Part shown: piece by piece, positions 39,948 to 51,071 of the stretch | How positions within the stretch are numbered: the first letter of the stretch is position 1 | Layout: the number at the start of each line of letters is the position of its first letter | DNA from: Hydrolagus affinis | Lineage: Eukaryota | Assembly (NCBI GenBank): GCA_012026655.1 | Contig: JAAILG010000051.1 | Location: 62,001-126,000 of the forward strand | Reading direction: 5' to 3' | DNA length: 64,000 nt | Program-made: the position numbers and the translations under genes | The notes under the pieces: generated by a model | The model's database searches: none | What the model was told of the DNA's origin: nothing | What the model saw: the letters and a program-made list of their open reading frames with translations, nothing else

Positions 39948-41391
39948 TCTTTTTCTTCTCTACCATTTTCAACAAAGCAGGGGAAAAAAGTCTGTTTTAG
40001 AAGAAGGAGATCGTCAGAGACTTTTAAGCACATTTGCTTCACGTGCTATTGAGGCTCATAAACAATCTTCTATCAATGGAACATTGAAAAAAAATCTCCC
40101 CAAATCTGAAAGTAATATCACATATCTGTCAGATGAGAATCCGTTAACTACACGGAACCCTATATATAATGATGGATTATTTAAATCTCCTGATACCGGT
40201 GGCTTATCTCATAAGAAAAAGGGAGCAATTTTAACCAGTCCTTCAGCGAGAAGAATAGTTTCAAAGGATTCATTTTTGAACCTGTCATCTGAGAGTGAAC
40301 GTGATGCATACACTTTGCCCTCTCGTGATCACAGGCAGCAAATGCATGATGCTCTGAATAGACCATTGATTATGGATCCTGTGCAGTGTCAGATAGAAAT
40401 GATTAAAGATGAAGGGGGAGGAACCGAAAATCAATTGAGCCAAATTAACCCCACTTTTAAAGATCCCAAGATTAAATTAACTGTTAAAGAACAAGCGAGA
40501 CAGTTTGAACAACAAGCCTTGCAAGAAACGAAGCAAGTCAAAAACCGTGACTTAAAAGGAACACAATCACTGATGACCAGAAATCATTCCATAAGCAACA
40601 ATTTGTTTGAGGTACTTCCAGAGTCCTCCATTTCACCTCCGTCGAATCATCATTCTTTGTCTATTCTGCCATCCAATTTTCAGGTTTCTGTTCCTGAATT
40701 GCCTGAGGCATCCTCCATCATCATTACTCATTCAGACTTTTCCTTGGATGTTTCTCCTCCTCCAACCCGAACACCATTGCCTCCTTCCATAAGGAAGCAA
40801 AGCGAATGCAGCTTCATTCCTTGTATATGCATCTCAGTGGAATCGAGCATGAATCTGCTTGATGACATTCCAGAACCTCCAAATGTTCCTTCCCCACCGC
40901 CCCCTTCACTCTCACTCCTGTCTCTCCCTCCACCTCCTCCTCCTCCTCCACTCCCTTCAGGTTTACCTATTCCTCCACCTCCCCTTTGCCCTCGACCTCC
41001 TTCACCACCATCCCTTCCTCCTGCCCCACCTCCTCTCCCTCCCCCTATTACTTTTTCTCTTCCTCTAAAGCCATGTTTGCGCATTACTCCTGCACCTGCT
41101 CCTCCCCCCAATCTTACCTCTCAAAATCAGGCCCCCCAGAGAGAATTGAAAGGAATTCTGAAACACATCCAGAACCTCGCAGAGATTGAAAAATCTGTTG
41201 CCAACATGCATCGTCAAATAGACAAGAATAATGCAGTGTATAAACAGACCAATCAGCCAAAAGTCGCAACCCAGCCACAAATGCAAAGGACTGAGGCGTT
41301 ACCTGAACCAAGTGTGAATAACCAAAATGGTTTAAAATCTGTTGTACTCGAACTCAAAAACCATTTCCCATCACAGTCGACGTCTTCGTGA
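39948..41391 (+). CDS. PCDH15: PCDH15 CD1 terminal exon (LFLLYHFQQSRG...polyproline...QRELKGILKHIQNLAEIEKSVANM...SQSTSS*)
   Basis: tttcaag|TCTTTTT; in frame with ORF 40084-41391. CD1 motifs LFLLYHFQQSRG, IEAHK, LSDE..L...NP.Y and KGIL.H..NLAE.EKSVANM are present. Confidence 0.94.
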
Positions 41392-41975
41392 TGCATGGCT
41401 ATTCAGTTTGGCTACTCACAGCATTTGGATTTATCAGCAAAGATCTGCAGTGCTCCAGCAAAGGCTTTGTCTGTACTAAACTGGTACAACTGTACTTCTG
41501 GAGCACTCTGACTTCTGATCAATTGATTTTCATAATTTAATTGAAGAGACTGACCATATAGGATGTGTCACTCATTAGTACACATAACAAATTGTCCATG
41601 TCTTCTAACTACTGTGTGTACATTTTGTGTATTAGTTTCGTATTAAATTCAATTGAATTGAATTGCGGTTTAGATAATTGGCTGCTCCCTCAGCCCATAG
41701 GAATGTCTTATTAATTACAGCCATTTCAATTCTGCTTCAAGCTTACAACAGCATTTTCTGCACCAAGCAATGTTTCAAGATCCATCTCCCTTTTGATTCC
41801 ATAAGATATTTCATCTGAATTTGGTTTATATCTTGTAAGGTCTTCAGAAGGGATTACTTATTATTCACATCTTTATTCACTTTAAGCTAATGTGGCTACA
41901 CGCTGTTGTTACTGTACTGTACAGCAACCACACAATGCCAGTCATTCCTGGCTAGTATATTGTGTTCTTCTGAAA

Positions 41976-42050
41976 AATAAATTTACCACTCTCAGGCCAA
42001 AATGCCCAATACCAATTGCTCAACTGCTGAAAAATCCATCTAGCAATAAA
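41976..42050 (+). terminator. Candidate CD1 poly(A) signals (AATAAA at 41976 and 42045)
   Basis: Two canonical hexamers about 0.6 kb after the CD1 stop; usage unproven. Confidence 0.4.
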
Positions 42051-42279
42051 ACCAGGACATTAAACAGCTTCCAAGTGGGGGAAAAAACACATACCCACAA
42101 CATCTCCAGTTTTCATTGCAGCTAGTAGTTTAAAAACAGCATTAAAGCACTTCGATATGCCACTGTCATATTGATAATTTTAATTTTTTAACACTTTACC
42201 AAATTGATCCTTTTATGGAACCTAATATGCTCATTTACATAAGTTGATCATACTATTTGCCACCATCTCCTAATTTCTG

Positions 42280-42386
42280 AGAAATGATTAAAGATGAAGG
42301 GGGAGAAACCGAAAATCAATTGAGCCAAATTAACCCTACTTTTAAAGATCCCAAGATTAAATTAACTGTTAAAGAACAAGCGAGAC
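42280..42386 (+). repeat. 107-bp dispersed direct copy of CD1 coding sequence 40395-40501
   Basis: agaaatgattaaagatgaaggggg...aaagaacaagcgagac; 2 mismatches by eye. Confidence 0.95.
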
Positions 42387-44086
42387 TTCAATAATAAAGG
42401 GGGTTTTCTCCAACAAGTGAGTATGCAGGAGAAATGGTATATTAAAAATAATGGCACAAGTAAGCAGAATTATGAATATTATTAGCAGAACTAGGTCAAT
42501 TAAATATACGAGTATACTTGAAAATGTTAGTAAGACAAAATGGAACCTACAGGACCAGTGAGGACAGATAGTGCAAAATAGACAATGGAGAAGGATTTGG
42601 ATTTTAAATTATATTTTTTAACCTTGTTTGCAAGTTATTTTGATTAAGGGTCTTATAGGTACATAGATATTTGTTCTTAGATAAGCATTATACAGAGGTC
42701 TGTACTAGAGATGGACTAAAAGAGAGATTCAACACCTTAACATACACAGCATTTTGTCTTGTGTTTATCTGTCATTCCATGTTCTCATATATAATGTTGG
42801 TCTTGTATGTGATTAATAATATAAATATGTTATTGTACTCTATACTATTTCTCTGTCTCTTTCATTTTTCCATTTATCTTCATACATCAACCCAAATCTT
42901 GCAATTATTTACAGTGATAAGAACAGAAAACACTTAAATATTATACTCATAACTTTAATTCCCATTTGAAGACTATCAGTGCTATTTTAGTAAATTTACA
43001 ACACTCAAATGATCATAATTTGGCATTGATGTTAAAATTTTGATTTGTGAGCTACAGCATAATACTTGTTAGATATTGAAATAAATTCAATAGAGGAATA
43101 ATTCAAATATTTTTTCATTCAGAGACTGAAGTCCAATCCAGGATTAACTCATACCAATTTGACTTCCATCCTTGTGTTAGCTATTCTCCCAGGCAAATAC
43201 CATTGTGTGATTAGAGTCTAAAAGTTTTCTAATGTGCACAAGTAATTTTAAAAATCCTGTGATTCTTTTTTCTGCATTATAAATGCTCACCGGAAATTTT
43301 ACCCATGATTCACCTTAAATGTTCTGAATCTAGCTCCATTAACTTGGCAATCAATTTTGAATCTGTTTAGCATAACCTTCTGTCAAATTTTGTGTGTGTG
43401 CATGAATTGCAAACAAAAAAGTATGAAAAAATACCAGACTTAATATATCTTTCCTTGAAATATGGTTTCTATGTAAAATTAACTTGCCTGTGTTAGTTAA
43501 CATAAAATAATAAAATTACTAATTTCCATATTACACAATTAATTAATGAAATTAATTGATACATTACTTATGTACAAGTTGAAAATTCTATTTTCATATA
43601 ATTTTCTATCTACATATTTAGAAGAGCCTTTAAACTGTCTGTTTACCAATCTGCCCCTCACTGTTACTTATTCACAGGAAGTCAGTTTGTACTTGCATTA
43701 ATCACCAGTTAAAGTGAAGCCATGGGTAGGTTTTATATAAAGCACTATTTGTTTTACATTTGATTTGTGGTTGAACGCTAATTTTTTAAAAGAGGAAAAT
43801 AATACAAGTTCCTACCCATAGTCTGGGGTTTCAGTCCATTTTAATCGTTGTTGCAAAAAAATATTCTTCTGATCCAAGTCAACATGATCCTAAAGTCACA
43901 AAACTTACTGCCTTTCTCTCTTCTGGTGAACTATCCTTTACTTTGATCTGAGCCCACTGAAAGAGTTATAGCTGTTGGCAAGTCACTGAATTTTAAATCC
44001 CTGACTAACCGCAGCTATTGTATTTTGCTTACATTAATGGAATCGAAGCAGCATAATACTGAAGAACATAAATGTTGAGAAAATTG

Positions 44087-44590
44087 AATCATAGAATTTT
44101 TCAGCACAAAAGGACACCATTCGGCCTATCGAGTCTGTGCTGACTCTTTGAAAAGAGCTAGTCAATCCCACTTCCTGGCTCTCTCCCCATAACCCCACAA
44201 ACCCCTCCTGCCCAAATAAACTCTCTTAAAAGTTGTTATTGAATCGGCCTCCTCCACCCTTTGCAGGCATTGAATTTCAGATTCGAACAACTCGCTGCAT
44301 GAAAAAATTTCTCCTCACCTCCGCTCTGCTTCTTTTAGAAACTATTTTAAATCTGTGACCTTGAGTCACTGACACACTTACCACTGGACACAGTTTTTCT
44401 GTTTACCCTGTCGAATTCCCTCATGATTTCTCCTCGTAACCTGCTCCAATGAGAATAATCCTAGCCTCTCTAGCCTTTCCTCATAACCAAAGTTCCACAT
44501 TCCTGGTACCATCCTGGTGAATCTCCTCTGCATCCTTCCCAATGCCTAAACATCCTTCCTAAACTGTGGTGACCAGAACTGAAAACAGTT
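44087..44590 (-). mobile_element. CR1 3' end fragment
   Basis: aatcatagaa...ccattcggcctatcgagtctgtg tail; rc encodes FFMQRVVRI-like C-terminal ORF2. Confidence 0.8.
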
Positions 44591-44639
44591 AGACCATCTA
44601 TCTCACTATATTATGTAAATTTGGTTTCATATACAATCA

Positions 44640-46330
44640 TATATCGTTTTCAATATATTTTACTCCCCACAGAGTAAGGAGTTGATCCAGTTCCTCTTTA
44701 AATGTTACAACTAATTGAATAACTAATGCTCTCTGTTGTAGATTATTGCAAAAAGTGGCAACTCTAATTAGAACAAAACAATCCTTGAGTTAAATTGAGT
44801 TTTTGGCTTCTTCATCTGATAATCTTGTTCACTGGTTCTTCTGTTTTATACAAAATCCTTTCCTCTATTCTTCTTATTAATTCCCTTCATTATTTTGAAA
44901 ACCTAAATTGTTTAGCTTTTAGAATAAATCTAGCTGCTTTAACCCAGTATTAGAATCCACTGATCTGAAGTCTGAAATCATCTTTGTTGCATTCTGACTT
45001 ATTTTGACTGTCTACTTATACAAATGCAGTGAATAGAAATTAATAGAATATGCCACTTGCAAATTCACTGAATCTTACAGAGCATATTTATTAGTTCTGC
45101 AGAATATATAGCTCATATGTTTGCACCTGAATATTTAATTCCTTTGGCAAATATTTCCCCTACACTCCATTTTGTTTTCATCCATCATATCTAATGTCAT
45201 TTATTATTTACTTTATTTAACTATGGACCCTTCATTTTGTAATATTGGCTGTTAATGTAAGCATAATGTAATATTAGTGTATTCCTTGGATCTGACTATG
45301 GTGGTAACCATTCCACATTTATTATCTTCACCGAGATCATTGTTAGAGGAGCCAGGAAAGCTCCACCGGGCCTATCTTTCCATTCAGAATCATTGAACTG
45401 TTATAATCAGTTGTATTAGTAAATCAAAAAACTTTATTCTATCACTATAAAAGGTTTAGTTTTAACCAGAAACCTCAAGTGAGTAATCCTAACAAATGCC
45501 TTTTGACAGTCACAGCATATTTCATACACCTTCCGATAAGCCCCGAAAAAGTTCCAGTAAATTTGTTATCCACCCATATTATTAACAGCCACTCCTTTCC
45601 TTCTTTGATAATTCTCACTCTTTTTCCTGCCAACAATTATGTGGGAAGGGGCCCTAGGTTATTTTTTCAACTGAATCAACATTAGCTATTTTCCAATGTT
45701 TGAGTAATACTCTAGCTTTTAATGAGCTGTGAAAATTTTCAGCCAGACCTCCCTTCAATTTCCTCATTTCCTTAAGCATTCCATAAATACTCTTGAATTC
45801 ATTCCATCTGATCTTGTTGTATTTAGACACTTCCAATTTCTGATGAAAATTTCATTACTGAGTACAGATTTCTGTGCTTTACATTAATATCATTGCACTT
45901 TCTTTCCTTCAAAAAGTCAAAAGGGACATAGACAACAATGTAACTAATTCAGATGCAACACATTCTTCAATGTTTACACAATATTCTATAATACCAGGTC
46001 TATAAAGGAACACAGGAATGTACAGGACTGAAATAGATTGTTGTGGCCTATCCAGCCAATCCCAAAGAGAAAAATACTGTCTCATGTTTCACAATTGAGT
46101 TGAGCTATTAAATATTGAATATTCTTTGAATTTACTGAAAAAATTGTATTTGCTACCTGGTTAGGGAATCTATTCCACATATTCATCAATTTATGCAAAA
46201 AAATGTAATCTGAGATATCTATTTACTGCAGCTCTTTCACGTCTGTGTTCTTATTGAAGACATTGCCACTGTTACATATTTTAGGGTGCAGTTTATCTAT
46301 CTCTTTACGATCTTAAATACATCAGTAAGA
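44640..46330 (-). mobile_element. Highly degraded CR1-like remnants
   Basis: Scattered CR1-like segments (WKIANV peptide at 45654-45836, aaatgccttttgacagtc, ctggttagggaatctattccacatattca). Boundaries approximate. Confidence 0.45.
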
Positions 46331-47653
46331 TTCTTGAATACTTTATTGATTGAAATACTTTTTCAATGATTTGCTTTGCTTAGGAAGAATAAAATGACCA
46401 ATTGTAGCCATTAATTCTTTAGTGAACAAAACATTACATTCATGAAATAACTAGCAATATAGCAACCTTGTCTTAGCAAGAAGCAGCATTACAAACTGAT
46501 GATATGTACATGGCTTCCTTGTCGAGGCCTCCACATTCACTAGTTGGAAAATTTCCAATGCTAAATTAGCTTTTTGGTTAGGCAAGCAGTTCTGTTTGCG
46601 CTGGTTATAATTGTAACCTGTCTCAGTTGTGTCCAACCTTTCGTTTGAGATGAAACACTTGACATCCACGGTGCAATTAAGAGGTTCTCTTTCCAATATG
46701 ATCAGGTTGCTGGCATCACAGATGAAATAATTCTTCCCACTGCAGCCCTTTCTTGTTTCAAGGTGTAAGATGTTCAAATTTACCTAGTCTTCTATATAAT
46801 ACAATTATGTCATGGTTAGAGTGACACATTACTGAGAAGTCTCTGGCCTATGGCTGTGACGTTTAGCATCAAAACCCACTCCAAGCCTGTGCCCAGTCAT
46901 TGGGCTGTGAGTTGTAGTTTAAATATATATATATATATCAGGCAAATATTCATTCTACACTTTTGTATTGCTTTATGTGTACAATATTAATACACTATAG
47001 TATAGTATACATTATAGTACTGTTAAGTATGTATTTCTTTTATTAAGCAAGCATATCCCTGTTGCATTAATTGTCTGCAGCATTTGTTAGCTGACTAAAA
47101 GCAATGAAACAGAGTATTGATATGAATATATATCTGCAGAGCAGCCACACCATCCATAAAACACCCCCTCTACATTTGTTTCTTTGATGAACCATGATAA
47201 AGGATTTAATATGTGCATTTCTGTGTGAATGCTCGAGTTGATAGCTATAGATCTTTGTAACTTGCGCTGCCAATGGGCATAATTTCACAACAAATGATAA
47301 AAGCTAAGATTATGTAAGATGCTGCATGAACATTGCCTAGGTTTCAAGTTGAATTCTGTCAATGATCTTGTTCCTATTTGATTATGGGGCTTTGTATTAG
47401 TCTTAATTTCACCAAGTGGTTTTGATATCTTCCACATCCACATGATGTTGTGTAATTAAAATAAACCTCGGCAGTGCAGTAAACATTGCTTTCTGAGCCT
47501 AAAATGGATTCTGCTTAATGGTTGAGGCATCGCTTGATAACTTGGTGGGAGGGAAAACATAAAATCCATCAGCTCTTGTGTGCATAAAACAAACAATATT
47601 TAAACCAGTAATTTCACCAGATAGAAACATAAAGGGTTTCTAGGGATCAAAAT

Positions 47654-47846
47654 TGAAATGTTTAATATTTCATTGGTTGAATAGCGCAGTGAAATGGTTA
47701 ATATTTGACTGACTAAAGTTCAGTAATATAATTAATGTTTGACTGACTGTATAGAGTAGTGAAATGGCCGCTGTTTGATTGATTTTATAAAGCAGTGACA
47801 AAGTTACCCATAAATTGTTGTGAAATGGTTAATGTTTGACTGACTG
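47654..47846. repeat. Degenerate ~35-bp minisatellite (about 5-6 units)
   Basis: Recurring tgaaatggttaatgtttgactgact...cag units. Confidence 0.75.
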
Positions 47847-49180
47847 ATTGACTTAATCCTGACAGCAGAGCCTCTAAAACTTCTTTAACGTTTTGAGCAT
47901 TAGTTCGCATAATAAAATCATCTGTTTTGGCCTCCTGAAGAAATTAAGTCTTGTGATGCCAGATGCAAGATAATATTAAGTAGTTTTTTTGGAAACCTCA
48001 AATTATCCCCCATGATAAATCTACATATTAATTCCTCATTACTTTCACATCAGAGGACAATTGAAGTAATTTGCTTCTGATCATCATCTGCTTGCACTGA
48101 ATTCTAATTGTTAGCCTTTGCAGATTGCCTTTATTCAATACAATAAATCATCAACCATGTCTTTATGTTCTTCTCGAGTGTAATTAAATTGCGTTGCCAA
48201 ATCTATTTTGCCTGACTCTATTCTATTAGTTTTGTACTTTTTTTTGCTTTCCTTTTAAATGTAAATCACACTAGCTGATGGCAGAATCCAACTTTGTACT
48301 GTACATATTAATTTATGATTTATAACTTATTTGCTTTTATTGATGGATTGCATTGCAAGGAACACCATACAATGTTCATTTTCTAGCAACGTGATGTGTT
48401 GGATTGTTCTTTCTAAGCATATACTGCAACAGGTTATTGCACCACTTAACCTGTTCTATCACTCGACATAAACTTAAATTAAATTTGAATCAAAGTTAAA
48501 TTGCTTCATCTGATAGAATGACATTTTTAAAATTAATTTATTAGTTCTTTACACTTATTGCTTTTAAAAATGTCATCACTTAATATCATTCCTAGATACA
48601 AATATGCTTTTGTATTATATGTGAACTGTCCAGTATTCCCCTTAAATCGGTATGTTCCTCAAGTCTACAATAAGAATTATGTTTTAAGAATCAGGCTATA
48701 TGCAATAGTTCAGTACAAATGCTAAAACAGCTACTTGTACTCAGCAATAAATGTCATAGGGAGAATGATACTATCTGATTTGAGACTTTATTAAGGATTA
48801 ATTATACTTGGTTTCCTGTTAATGGATTTCACAACTTTAGATGTAATGTACTGTAGTTACATAATTTAATTATTAAATTTAATAGTTTATCAATTATGGT
48901 TCAGTGACTTTTACTTATGTAGTTTGGGGCAGCCAAACAATTTATTTGACATAAATCCTAGTTTAGAGTGCCCAATCTCCGGTATTCTCTTTGCTAAGAG
49001 GCTGGAAATTGTTATTCATTCAGTGAAATGAAACTCTCATTTCAGAAGTACATGTAATTGTAACCAGGTATGACCAAGGTTTTCAATTATCATATGCAGT
49101 ATGCTTTCTGGTTTGTTTTAATTGAAAGTTGGAACACCAAAATCTGAAGCCTATTATAATTTTTATATAATTGTTTGCAG

Positions 49181-49202
49181 GAGAGGATATGGACAACAAG
49201 AG
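49181..49202 (+). CDS. PCDH15: PCDH15 22-nt exon (RGYGQQE)
   Basis: tttgcag|GAGAGGATATGGACAACAAGAG|gtaaga; phase 2-0. Confidence 0.8.
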
Positions 49203-49367
49203 GTAAGAATGCTCTGTTTTTGCAGTTGCGTCATTCTTTTCACATTTTCCTGTCTTTAAATCAGTGTGCTTTAAAACTATTTCAACGGGAACTCGATATA
49301 TGCTTATTTACAATCTCCTGCTCTTTGCTTTTGTCTCTGTCTGTCTCTCTCTTCAACTTTTTACCAG

Positions 49368-49406
49368 CAACAGCAATTACTGAGGCCCTCACTGCTTAGA
49401 CCTGAG
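49368..49406 (+). CDS. PCDH15: PCDH15 39-nt exon (QQQLLRPSLLRPE)
   Basis: Long CT tract, then accag|CAACAG...CCTGAG|gtacaa; phase 0-0. Matches recalled QLLRPSLL(K/R)PE. Confidence 0.82.
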
Positions 49407-49599
49407 GTACAATTGTCTGTTAACACCTAAACTAATCCAAATCTTCCTGAATGACTACTTGAGTAGCTAGCTGTATTCAGAGAAAAATATGTTTTCTTAT
49501 GATTCTCTACTCAAATTATATTTGTATTTGCTGATAATAGAAGATTATTTCAGTGGCATATGAATCTAGTGCTCATTATGTTGGTTATTTTAACAATAG

Positions 49600-49673
49600 G
49601 AACTCTCAATGGAATCTGGCATTGATCCTGGTCAGGAATACTATGCGCAGGACTACTACAATTATGAGCCTGG
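49600..49673 (+). CDS. PCDH15: PCDH15 74-nt exon (ELSMESGIDPGQEYYAQDYYNYEPG)
   Basis: caatag|GAACTC...CCTGG|gtaagc; phase 0-2; ELSMESGIDPGQ motif. Confidence 0.88.
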
Positions 49674-50380
49674 GTAAGCACTGTTCTGTGAAGTTTTTTT
49701 TAAAATGTAACTGGTATGTAAGGTTTATCTTTAGAGGACTGCAGTAGTAGAGATTTCAATGAAAAGGTGTGATTCCATGCAAGTATAAAAAGTGTAGGGC
49801 AAAGGTGTACAATTCATTATGCATCATTTCAGATTAAGTCATTCTATTCTCACATTACAATTAAGCCGTAATTTTCATGTGTTCAGTATCAAAGGAAACA
49901 AATGGCTATTGCATTGATTACATACCAAGATATTTTAATTTTGAAGGTGACTTTGAAAAACTGATGTTACAGTTAAAGTGATAGATTTTACTTTGTTTAG
50001 AAAATATATTGAATAGTACAGTATTTTTCTTTCTCTTGTATATTCTACCTGTGATCCTATGTTTCCATTCTTGCTGATTCCAATAAGGCAATCTAGGCAG
50101 AGTATAAATTTGATTGCTAATATCTTGCCACATATAAAAAAACACAGAAAAGTGATAAATTTTGCCTTGCACCTGCACAATCTCGCATTTGAACCATGTA
50201 CGTTGCTTCCATGATATAAATGAAGAATCTGTCCATAGATTGTATTTATTACAGATAATAAAACTTCAATTACAGTGTCTTTCACTTTCAGAATGCTAAT
50301 CTGTATTTGGTTACAAAGTAAATCAATCATACTGTATGAAACATTATTCAGGGCACAGGAATAAAGTTGATGCTTGGTAT

Positions 50381-50696
50381 ACAACAACAAGTTGCATTTA
50401 TACAGCACCCTCCACACCGGTCAGTGTCTCAGAGCGCTTCACAATGGGAGTCAAAGAAGATATATGGGAGTGAAAGAGGAAATCGACCCATCGACTCCCT
50501 CCACACAGCAGCTTTAGCCCGTTACACATTCCCGACCTAGCCCGCCCCACCAGAGAGGCTGTGGTCAAGCCTTCAGCCTCTCTGTCCCTACCCTCTGGAA
50601 TTTTTTCCCACAGTCGCTTTGCCTTGCTCCCTCCCTTGCCTTTGGATGTCATCCTGATGTGAAAGGAGCTTTACAAATGCAATTTGTTGGAGTTGA
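50381..50696. mobile_element. Back-to-back retroelement 3' fragments (minus-strand tail, then plus-strand L2 end)
   Basis: acaacaacaagttgcatttatacagcaccc (also seen near 10925 and 21818), then ...cctgatgtgaaaggagctttacaaatgcaatttgttg. Confidence 0.65.
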
Positions 50697-50935
50697 AATT
50701 GGGCATCCCAAAGCCATTTCTCTATGTCAAATGGAATTGAAATGCTTTGGCAGAACTTGCTGGGGCAATTGCCAAAATTATATTCCAGCTATATATATAT
50801 GTATGAATATGTAGATATAAATATCAACCAAGTGCTAAAATAACAATCAGATGATTTTAGCCATGAGGCTTTCAATTCCTGATCATCATTTCAAGTTGAT
50901 CTTCTTCTGATGGCAACTTCTGATCTGAATTGTAG

Positions 50936-51071
50936 GTATGAAGTGCCACAGTATGGAAGTCGTCGTAGATTAATCTCCCCATCTGGTATGTACGACGAAT
51001 TTGGAGAGGTAATAATGGAAGATGATGGAGGCTACTATTACAGTCCAGATGGATCTAACGCAGCTCCAGAG
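50936..51071 (+). CDS. PCDH15: PCDH15 exon shared by CD2 and CD3 (136 nt; YEVPQYGSRRRLISPSGMYDEFGEVIMEDDGGYYYSPDGSNAAPE)
   Basis: ttgtag|GTATGAAG...CCAGAG|gtaaat. YExPQYGSRRRL motif; phase 2-0. Confidence 0.92.

Noticed and set aside
40728-41111. Gly-rich antisense ORF, and other ORFs overlapping CD1, CD2 and CD3
   Set aside because: They are shadows of the polyproline or low-complexity PCDH15 coding strand.
41392-41511. 39 open codons after the CD1 stop (possible readthrough restoring a PDZ ligand)
   Set aside because: The stop context TGA-T is not a readthrough motif, and the extension ends GAL, without S/T at position -2.
47654-47846. Regularly spaced repeats suggestive of a CRISPR array
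   Set aside because: Units are contiguous and degenerate, without unique spacers; the context is a eukaryotic intron with no cas genes.
49918-50417. 160-aa minus-strand ORF, and the many other 60-130 aa intronic ORFs
   Set aside because: No recognisable domains or splice support; expected by chance with alternative starts in AT-rich DNA.
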